NCBI GenBank assembly: GCA_047967505.1
Contig: CM106538.1
Length of the DNA: 64,000 nt
Origin: Dipteris shenzhenensis
Taxonomy: Eukaryota
Strand: one strand, 5' to 3'
Part shown: positions 24,331-35,203 of the stretch, piece by piece
Position numbering within the stretch: the first letter of the stretch is position 1
Layout of the letters: every line of letters starts with the position of its first letter
The notes under the pieces: model-generated
What the model was told of the DNA's origin: nothing
The model's input: the letters and a program-made list of their open reading frames with translations, nothing else
Databases searched by the model: none
Made by a program: the position numbers and the translations under genes

Positions 24331-27300
24331 CTTGCTTGCGAAGGTCTCTCACAAAGGAGATGGCTATAGATTTTTTTCCAGGGATGGATGTGATTTTATG
24401 TAGCAAAAGAGTAGTTGCATTTGCTACAATCCATGATAGTGATCCCAATTCAGTTTGCCACTTTCGAAGACTTGGCGAAGATAAGGTGGCAGTTACTGTA
24501 TCAAAGATTCTTAGCGCACATGTTGAGCTAAAGTATAAATGTGGAGATATGGAAACACTTGGAGATGTTATGCCCTACAATACATCCAACAAATCATTTA
24601 TAGCATGCAACAGACATTATCAAGAATACAAAGTGCACCACCTTGGATTTTACTATAGGGGACATTTTACAAATGAGATCATTTGCAAATAAGACTGTAG
24701 CAGAAGGTGAAGTATTGGGATTTGAACAAGTGGAGCAATGGTCATTTGCACAGATGAGGATTCTAAAAGTCACTGATGATGGTATGGTTGATAACATAAC
24801 ATCATTTTGTGATCCCTACTATGAGGTAGGCAAGAATATGAGATGGAGCATGCAATTTTTAAACATGAGAAAGAGGCACGTGGTTTTCAATGATAAAGAC
24901 AAGGTATACTACAATATCAAAGGACCTAAAAAGCGTGCCCATGTGCCAGGCTCTATCACTTCAAATGTGGATGATTTCAATATACTCAATTATAGAAGTG
25001 ACATCTTATCTGGAGTGGATGAGTTCATTGGTTCCGAGAAACAAAATGATTTTAGAAGCGAAGCCTTATCTGGGGTGGATGAATTCTTGCACAGTGAGAA
25101 GGGCAAAGGTTTCAATAGTGATGTCTTGTCAAGTGTGGATGAGTTCATGCATATTAACAAACCTGGTGTCAATCAAGCTTGTGGATTTGTGACAGCCATG
25201 CAAGATGTCCCAATGAGTGATGTTCTCTCAGGAGTGGAAGAGTTTCAAGGTTCTCAATACTCTCGTAGAATATTGAATTCATTGAATGGTCCTAAGAGTA
25301 TGTTAAAAATGAGGATGAGATCAACAGAGGATTATTCAATATTTAACTTTGATTGTGATATGGACAAGGATGCAACGACCAATCATGGATGCTTGGTTAC
25401 AAACAAATGTGAGGAGAAGAAGTGCATGAATACAGATAACAACGTGCACGAGGAACGAAAACGGTCATACATATGCATGAAGAGAAAGTGAATCCAGGCA
25501 GATCCACAAAAGCAACCAAAGAGGAAGAGAGTAATGAAGGAGGAGAACATGTTAAATGCATTGGGATATCTATGTTGCAAGCGAAGATGTATGCACTTCA
25601 TTGATCCTGCAGACATCAGGGAATGTAGAGGACACGTGTGGCAAAGAAGAGAAAGCAAAAGAAATGAATACCTTCTCAAAAGTCTCTCTTGCTTTCTTCA
25701 GTATGGCAATAAAAGGCTAAGTTCAAGGCAAAAGGTAAAACCTCTCGTAAATGGAAAAAGGATTTGCAATAAGGCATATCACAATATTACTGGATTATCC
25801 CATAGTACATATTGGGATTTAGTCAGCAAGGCAAAGGGCGGCAACAAATTTAGCATTCACGGTAATAGAGGAAGGTCCAAATCAAGAATCTCAACTGTCA
25901 GGGCAGTAGCAATTTTGCAAGACTTCATACATGAAAATGCTTTACCTCAACCCCATATATCTACCAAACTCCCTAACGGTGATGCGATCACTGAAATGCA
26001 CCTTCCAATGGGCTTGACAAAGCTCGAAGTATTTGACTCTATTGCAGAAAAGCAAAGGCAAAGAGGGGATGCCGTAGCTTCTTCTCATACTTTGTATACT
26101 CTTTGGAAGAAGAACTTTGGATATGTTAAAATCCAAAGGAGGCAAAAAATGTCAAAGTGCAATGTCTGTGATGATTTAAAGCGAGCGATTGAGAGTGCAA
26201 CATGTCCAAATCAAAGGGAATTATACAAAAAAAACCAAAAATCTCATCATGACCTTATTCGACATTCTAGACAAAAATATGCATTTTGGAAGGAGCAAGC
26301 TATTTCGCATCCCGATGACTACATGTGCCTTATTGTAGATGGCATGGATCAGAATACAACAACATTGCCTCGTTTTGTTGCCACTCCACCTAAATTACAA
26401 GAAAGCACTTTCTAAAGACACATCTATGTGGAGTGTTAGTGCATGGAATTAAGTTCTTTGCAGATATATGGATTGATTCCTTGCATCTACATGATAGCAA
26501 TCAAGTTGTAACATCTATTATGAAGGCAATTCGCAATGTACATGCAGAAAAAGATCGCCTACCACCGACTTTGAGAATACAAGCTGATAATTGCTGGCGA
26601 GAAAATAAGAATGTACTCATGTTTGCATTCTGCTCCATGCTAGTTGCTCATCGAATCTTCAATGAGGTCGAATGTGGATTTTTGTATGTTGGGCATACAC
26701 ATGAGGATATCGATCCGGTTTTTAGCACAGTCTCAAGGGAGCTTAAATGCAAGGATGTGGAGACAATAGATGACTTGGTAAGAAGATGTGGTAGGCAAGT
26801 TGGTGGTCATAAGGAAAGTATAGTATGTGAGAGGCTCGAAAGAATGTATGATTGGAAGAGCTTCATTCTACCTTTCATACAAACAGGTGGTGATGCATTG
26901 ACAGGTCATACCAATCCACACTACTTTCATTTTTTTTAAAAAGATGAAAAACCCGTAATGCAATGGCAACAGTATTCTCATGATACAAAATGGGAACCTG
27001 AAGAACCTTACAGTCTCTTAACTTCAATTCCCAGCAAGGAAAGGTATCCAACATGGGCTCCTATACAAGAATTCAATGAGAGGTCTAACTGTGAAATAGA
27101 AGGATTAAAAGCATTTATTACATACAAAGAGGAAATGCTCCGGAGATATCCTGATTCGAAGCCTACTTGGAGAGAACACACTACCACTGTAATTAACAAG
27201 ACACGAAATTTAATAAAGGACCTTGAGAGAATGCGAGGCTCAAAGGATTTCAAGGAAGAATGCAATATGTTTTGGCCAAATGTTCATAACGATTTGCGCC

Positions 27301-27806
27301 CAGCTCCAGTCTTTGAAAATGAATTTGTATCATTACTCCCACGTCCATATTGTGGACCGAAGAAGAAAGAGTTTATGCCACAAGTAGATATAGAGGTCGA
27401 TTGTTTTGTTGTGGTTCGGCCATCGGATGATGAATATGAGAATGCGAAGTTTTGGGTTGCAAAAGTAGTTGATGTGCAAAGAGATGACCAAGGGAGAGCT
27501 ACAACATTTATAGCGGTATGGTATGAGCCAAAGGGCAGGAAGGAGAATATGGATAACAACACATTGTATACTAATTGTATAATGAAGGAGTGGGTCCCAA
27601 ATGATGAAGCGGTCTCTCAAGTTTTGACGGAGACAATCATAGTGTCTTGGCATTCAAGGGCAAAGAAATCAAAGAAGTGCATGGGATATGAGGTAGAAGG
27701 AAAAATAAAAATACCACAGCAAACTATTTTGCATATACACGAATTTTTAAGGATGCTCGCCATGGAGGAAGTAGAAGGAGATAGCGCAAATGAAGAATAT
27801 CCATGA
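24331..27806 (+). pseudogene. Sola1/DUF7869-like DDE transposase with N-terminal Tnp1/En-Spm-like domains (about 1150 aa if repaired)
   Basis: ORFs 24336, 24643, 25534, 26433 and 26958 are joined by two frameshifts (~24608, ~26412) and two nonsense codons (25489, 26937). Motifs: CCKRRC, KCNVCD, LIVDGMDQ, LRIQADNCWRENKN, VGHTHEDIDPVFS, DWKSF. Acceptor ACTGCAG| at 24330. Confidence 0.85.
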
Positions 27807-30800
27807 TTAAAGCTTTGTATTGAAGTCCATTGAAGGATTTTATTTGGGTACTAGGCAAGAAGCCAATCCAAGACAATTATAATCAGAGTCATCACCTCCT
27901 ATGTCAAATGAGAGTCAAAATATGCACTGGATGTCACCCAAGGGTCAAGGCTTGCCAAGACAATAGGGAGTTAATGCAGATGGCACTTGGCAAGGGACTA
28001 TCACATTGAGCAATAAGACAATGGGGAGTCAATGCACCCAAGGGGCAAGGCTTGGCAAGATAACTTGTGGGAGTTAATGCAGATGGCACCTGTATTTTGC
28101 ACTGGATGTCACCCAAGGGTCAAGGCTTGGCAAGACAATAGGGAGTTAATGTAGATGGCACCTGGCAAGGGACTATCGCATTGAGCAATAAGACAATGGG
28201 GAGTCAATGCACCCAAGGGGCAAGGCTTGGCAAGACAAGTGGGAGTCAAATTATGCACATGGCACCTGGCAAGGGACTATCGTGACATTGAGCAATAAGA
28301 CAATGGGGAGTCAAATTATGCAGATGGCATGAATTGAGGCTCTTTAAGAGCAACAATTTAAATTGTAACATATGTTCAATATAAAGACTCTAGCTGAGAG
28401 CAACGTCTCTCAATGTAATCATATAATAATAGCTATAATTGCTATCATACCTCTTTGGTTCAATACAAAACTTGGGTCTTATGGCATCATGTCTTTTTTC
28501 TATTTATTAAAAGTTTTAAAAATTTTGTGCATATTGCGAGTGACAATGTTATTTTCATGAAATATTTAAGTCTCCTTTCATGGATTTATAAATTTATCAC
28601 GTCAAGGAAAAATATTAAAAATAATTAAATTAACAAATAACTTAGATATAGCTAGAATTTCTAATATAGGATTATTTCAAATTCTTGCATGTTGGTGCAA
28701 AAGTATAGATTGAAAAAACAATATTTTTATGTGAATATGATAGTGCCACAAAGTGAACTTTTGATATGGGAAGAATATTTTCAGAAAGTAAAATTTTGAT
28801 TTGGGAAGGATATTTTCACAAAGTAAAGTTTTCATTTGGGAAGGATTTTTGGGCTTCGTCCAAAAACAACACAAAAGTTCCAAAATTAATGAAATAGGTG
28901 TTAAAAGAAGGACTACAATTTCCTTGGTTTATGACCAAAATAGTGCTAAAATAACTCCAACGATCCCACCATTGTGGTTGCATGGAGATACATCTAGAAA
29001 AATACAATTAAAATTTCAAAAAATGCAATTGATGATATGGCCCTTGAGGGGTCCCCTCAACATGCCATTTTATCCCGTCACATCCTAGATATTGTATAAT
29101 GCACATAGGTATGGCCCTCGCCCCTAAAGGGGACCCCTCAAGAGCCATATCATCAATTGCATTTTGCTTGGTTGCACAATGGAATACATTTTCCTTGGTA
29201 CACAAATATATAAATCCAAGAAACAGCGTGGTAACTTTCATAGATCTCCTCCCATAATACATAAAAATAGGTAACGGAGCTATAACTCCAAGAACTAGCG
29301 TAGTGATCTCTCTAAGACAACCTTGAATTCTGGGCAATGACAGGTGGTCATGCCAGAGACTATGCTGAGATGATGCTCAGAATGATAGATTGTGTCCCAT
29401 TATTACGCAAAAAACTAGCATGGTGGTCTCTCTAAGGCAACTTATGATTTGCATGGGCTGCAAGCAAAGAAGCGGCAAAAGGCTACATGATGACAGGTGG
29501 TCAGAGAGACTATGCTACGGCAATGATAGATTTCATCTAATTACTATGGCAAGAACTAGCATGGTGGTCTCTCTAAGCCAATCTTCAATTTTAATGATCT
29601 TCATGGGTGTGTGCCCAGTGACAGGTGGCAAAGTTGCAACAAAAGGCTGTGCGACAATAAATGATATGGTGGCATAGGCCAGAGACTACATTGCGCGAAG
29701 AAGTGTAGAGATGCCATGTGTCGAGCTATGCGGTGTTCTGAACAAATAGATTGCATTCATTATTATGCCAGTGTGCCTTCATGACGTTGGGAAATCTTTT
29801 TTCGAGAGCGCGGGTCCATGCAAAATTCAAATATTCACCTAGAAGCGCATCGCATCGCAGCCCCAAAATGGCCTCGAAAATAGTTTCACGATTGGCTACA
29901 CCCAAGCTAACGTTGACCCTTGTACCTACATACTTATAAATTTTTTGAAAGAAGGGACAGAGCAATATGTCTTTTGTTTTATTGATTAAGTACCCATGAG
30001 AGGATGAACAACTACCTTGTTCAATGGGAGCTTGTTGAGATTCTCTTGATACATGCTGTAACAAACATTCACATTTTGTATATGTCACATGTACAAGCCT
30101 TGAAGAAGCCAATATTTTTTTGAATGCTAAGGATATCTATAGGAATTTCCCAAAGAAGCAAGAAGATTATTAGCACTAAGTCCAATGCTAAAGGATTATG
30201 CGCGCATAGGCATCAAGATGAACTAGATATTTTTAAGTATGTAAATCATACAAAGACATGTCAAAGGGTCGAATAGACCCAAAATGACCTATTAGGCTTA
30301 ATGAGAGCCTTTCAACTATGATAGGGCTAATAATACTAGCCTTAATGACCTATTAGGCTTAATGAGAGACTTTCAGCAATGCGTGGCTAATAATACTAGA
30401 CCTAGAAAGGGCTAGATATGAACATTAAAGAAGGGTTAGGACAAAAAGGAGGTAAGAACCACCAATTAGTGGTGGTATTAATAAGAGGATGTCAACAATC
30501 ACCCATTAGGTATTCAAAATCACATATGAATGATTTGCTATTAAAGTGGAAACTTCTAAGACCTAGTAGTTGGTATCAACTACTAAAAAAGGGGAGGGGT
30601 GCTACATGCATGGTTCCATAACTATATCTTAAAGTACACATGGATTTCATATGCAAGTCTTGACCATGGGTCAAGGTTACTATAATTCAAATTGGATCAG
30701 GTGCCTTAAGTTCATTGAACTGCCAATATGAGCACCATGAAATGGTAGGATAAGAGGTGTATTGATATGAACCACGATTTTCTAGGCTACGAGGTATATT

Positions 30801-32377
30801 GATATACCCTAGTATGTACCATGATATGGTACATACAAGGGTGTATGAATATGTACCATGACCATGATATGATAGGCCAAAAGGAATATTGATATACCCT
30901 TTAAATTTTCTCTATTCTAGAAATAGATAGATAGCAAGAAGAGTGATATCTAAGATTTGTAAGCCTCATCGGTGTCTCTGAGACATGGCTACAATTTTTT
31001 ACAAAGTCTCGTAGGCCCCTTTCCTAACATGCTATGAGGCCATAGGGGAGGAAGTTATACCACTAAGTATTACTAAATAGGGTTAGAATTACATGCACAC
31101 CTAGTCTTAATTGTAGGAAATTCAAAGTTGAATGACAACTGCCCACAACTCTTAAAGGAAAACCAAGATCATAGACTCAGGGGGGTCACTATATATAAAC
31201 TCTCTATATCACGTGCATTCAATGGTTATTTGTAAAATCCCTTATGCATAGATTTTTCATTAATAAAATGTACCCTTTTTCTATACAAATCTATAATTTT
31301 TTTCTAAAATCATTTTAAATAATCCCTTATGTAAGTTAAATTCTATAAATTTTAGAAATTAAAAATATCCTTTTGTTGAACTCACATGATAGGGTTACAT
31401 AAGATGAGTGACCCCCTCGAGATCATAGACATGACACTTTCCAAGGTTGAAATCTACCTTGCCACACTTGAGGGCAAGCCTGACCCCAATGTTCAAGCAT
31501 ACAAAATTGACAATAAAGTACTAGCCAAGTCAAGGAGAAAATCCAAGCCGCCAAGGAGGAATTTATCAAAGCTAAATAAGGTATGACAAGTGAAGTTGTT
31601 TCTTGAGAGGATGATTATTGTTAATCTTTGTCATGCTATACATTTGGGTTGGTAGCTTGGCCAAATGATGGCATCAAGGTAATGCAATTAAGCCCAAATA
31701 CATTGAAGTTGAAGAGTACATTAGTGAGGTGGAGCCAGAGCCCCTCCTCCCCTCATCTTGAAATCATGACATATGGGAGCTCCTGTCTCGCTATTCAAAA
31801 GCCCGATTTGGATGCTCTCTAAAACTTCACCAGGATGGTGCAGGAGGTGAACGTGAAGGAGGGGCAACTAGTCTGTTAAGGTCACAAGATTACCATCAAT
31901 GAAAGCGTGATTGAAAAGGCTCTAGGAATTTCTGGAGGCACTACGCCAGCACACTTTTTTCAAAAGCAATGGAAAAGACATGATATTCTAGATGTATACC
32001 CCAATGCTTAGATTAGTAAAGATGGTGGAGTCAAGATTTTGAGCTTTTGCCAACACATCTCCAAGTTGTACTGAAGAAGACAATTCACTTCTTTCTTGAT
32101 ACGAGAGGAACCTGCAAGTTCTCGCAGGTTCAAGCGACAGTAGAGCAACTGAAAGGACGTGATGTATCTTTCTCAAGGGCGATCTCCAAGAGCATGTTAA
32201 CCAACCTAAATATTTGCATGAATGGAAAATCCCAATTGTCATCTTAGTCTGCTGGATTTGGAATGCACTTGATGGCATCCACCCTCAAAGGGATTTTTGA
32301 GCAATACGAGAAGCTAATGTCTTAGCACTCATGCAGCAAAGGTAGCGCAACTTGAGAAAAGTCTCATGGAAGGTGTA
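27460..32377. repeat. Segmental duplication, copy 2
   Basis: Near-identical to 1-4918. Confidence 0.97.
31176..31421 (+). mobile_element. MITE, CTC...GAG family (duplicated copy of 3717-3962)
   Basis: Same TIRs and the same ATCATAGA TSD, so the insertion predates the duplication. Confidence 0.93.
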
Positions 32378-33498
32378 GAAGCCAAGGTAGAGGAGGCACA
32401 AGCAAGGGCCTTATAGGCACAAGAGCAAGCTGAGGCCACCACAAAATTGGTCCACATGGAAAGGCATAGAAGAGAAGATGCAGAGAAGTGCATGAAGGAC
32501 GTCCGAGATAGGCTCGAAGAAGTGAGAAATGACAAGGACATGGCAGACAAGGAGCTAGAAAAGATGCAAAAGGACCTTGAAGATCAGAGAGCCAAAAAGG
32601 AGAGTCTTTACAAATGGCTCTGCAACATGCAAAACTCATTGAACATTTAAAAAAACGAGATGATGGAGGAGCTGAAAAGGGAGAATGCAAAACAAGAAAG
32701 GTGATGTAGGAACTGTGAGAGAGCTTCAAGGCCAGGAAGGATGGGGCAGAGAGCAGCCGGGGTGAAGAAGACAATGAGGCAGCTCCCCTGGCTAGCAAGG
32801 ATGCAGAGAGTAGCCAACACAATGGAGCAAGTTCCAATCAACACAGTGGAGAAATTTGCAGTAGCCACGGTGAGGGTTGTTTTTATGAAACATTGTTGGA
32901 AGTCCAAAGAGCAACCTACAATACCGTGCAAGAAGATCACGATAGATGTTTGCACAAGCTTGGTGTGGCTTTCAACACTTATGAAATGCAGTTCATTGCC
33001 CTACGAGATTTCCAAACTAGAGTGGAAGTCTTGGAAACTGCCCATGAAGAAGTTTTTTAGGAATTTACGAAAGTTCAACAGATGCTAAGGGATTTTGATG
33101 CAGTTGTTGCACAGAGTGAGCAAAAAGTGGAGGAGATGGAGAACATCCGCAGCCTTAGGATAAGGAAGGAAGAAATCAAGAAGCAACTTCATCATGTACA
33201 AAGCAAGACTATGGTATCGCCGATCGCAAGAGTTAAATCGGATGCCTATCCTACTATGCAACAGGGTCTGAAATGTATGGTCTGCCATACCCCCATCATA
33301 GATGATTGCTGTATCCGATGGCCTGCATGCTACCACCCTGTGCACGTTTTTTGCTTTGGAATGTGGGTGCATACAAAATTGCTATGTAGAGAATGCCATT
33401 TCCCAGATCATGGACAAATCAAATGTGCTAGTCGAGCCTGCAACCAGGAAGCTCAAATCAAGGAAAGAGGAAGTGGCATGAAGGGAAGGAGTCTTTGA
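31629..33498 (+). pseudogene. Degenerate gene with long coiled-coil and C-terminal RING-H2 finger, probably TE-borne
   Basis: EK-rich helical fragments (ERHRREDAEKCMKDVRDRLEE…) and CMVC…ACYHPVHVFC…W…CREC (C3H2C3 spacing). Several stops and frameshifts. Start uncertain. Confidence 0.65.
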
Positions 33499-33624
33499 GA
33501 TTGTAATCTATGTAATCTGTGTGTAATCTATTGAATTGTTAATCTTCTCCAGAGTTTCCTTGGGCAATGTTTTCTCAGCTAAGTGACTAGATAGTGTCCT
33601 TTGATCCATGCGAGTGTGGTGATA

Positions 33625-33797
33625 ATAATGAGATGAAAGATTTTGATTTGACACGTAATGTGAGATGAAAGATTTTGATTAGATCACTAATGTGAGAATG
33701 AAAGATTTCGATTAGTGAACTATTGTACCACGAAAGATTTCAGTTAGAAAACTAACGTGAGACAAAAGATTTATATTAGACAACTAACATAAGACTG
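33625..33797. repeat. Degenerate ~31 bp minisatellite (5-6 copies)
   Basis: GTGAGA..AAAGATTT..ATTAGA..ACTAA repeated. Confidence 0.75.
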
Positions 33798-34519
33798 AAG
33801 AATGAGAAGGTCAGGCTCAATGAACTCTCTTCCTATTTAAGTGCAGTGCAGACACAACTAAGAGCCCATTATGAAATCTAGCCCCAAAACTCTGTACACC
33901 GATCCAAACACTATACACCGATCCACCTACTCCAAATCGATGGCATACCCAAAAGACTTTGGAATGCTTTTGTTCTATCTGAAAATGATGTTGGATGGCA
34001 TCCTCGTAGAAACAAACCCGGAGAAGAAGGAGAAAAATAGTTGCAAGGAGGACATGTTTCGGTGGTGGGTGTATTACTTAAAGTCAGCACAGACGATGAT
34101 TATTAATTTCCCTGGCTATTGTTTTTTATGCTCCTTTCAGGTACTTGTCAAGCTCATGATGTAGGTTTCTTTTGGCAGGACATGAAAGAGGCTCGAAGGT
34201 GTATAGAGCACAAAGAGCAGGATGAAGAGGACCCCCAGCGAGAGGAGGAGTTACTATGGGTGTATAAGTCGGCAGAGTCAAGCAAGTAGTGTGTGATCTG
34301 AGTGTGTGAAGAGGTCTGCCATAGACTGGCCTCTAGAGCTGGGAGATGCTTGCTATAGAGAGGTTGATAAGATAGTTGGGAGTTTGGAATTTTCTTGAAA
34401 TAATAAAAATCTTGCAGACATTTCTTGAACTTGTGGATATTCTCATGGTGCTCGTAATACCTAATTTTGTATCGACCTGCTTCCATGTTAGTACTTAAAT
34501 GTTTTAAGTAGCCCGATGG

Positions 34520-35110
34520 TTGAAATTTGACGGTTAACGATAACCAGTCTAAAGGGCACTAGCACTATGCAACAAATTTTAGGATAGCACGGTAGTAGTG
34601 TAGGGATAGCACGGTAGTAGTGTAGGATAAGTTATCGCCAGCACGGTGGTTGGTTGCACTAGAATATGAATAGCCACCAACGCGGTGGTTTGCTTATATT
34701 ATTACAAGATGACTGGATTCATTATGGAAAACCAATATGGTGGTTGTTGGGATATACTGAAAGTAAGCATGGGATGAAATCTGATGGTTAACGAAACGAT
34801 AAACAGTCTAAAGTGCACTATTTTAGTATAGCATTGTGCAATACATTTTAGGATAGCACAGCAATAGTGTAGGGATAGCATGGTAGTAGTGCAGGATAAG
34901 TTATCATCAGCGTGGTGGTTGGTTTGCACTAGGATATGAACACACTAGCGCAGTGGTTTGCTTTTATTATTACAAATTGTAGGATGTGTGGATTCGTTAT
35001 GGGAAACCAGCACGGTGGTTGTTGCGATATACTAAAAACAGGCATGGGTTTTACTGTTTGGGATTTACAAAAATAATTTAATAAAACTAGCACGGTGGTT
35101 GTTTGGGATA
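34520..35110. repeat. Two-copy ~255-275 bp tandem repeat rich in GCACGGTGGTT-like motifs, 3' of the Sola2-like gene
   Basis: GGTTAACGA…CAGTCTAAAG…TTTTAGGATAGCAC…GCATGGG occurs at ~34520-34772 and ~34773-35048. Confidence 0.85.
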
Positions 35111-35203
35111 TAAGAAGTAGTCTCAATACAAATTCCATTTTGCAGGACAAGTGGACATATTGTTTCCCTGCAATGAGACTACATACATTTTCTTAGTACT
35201 ATC

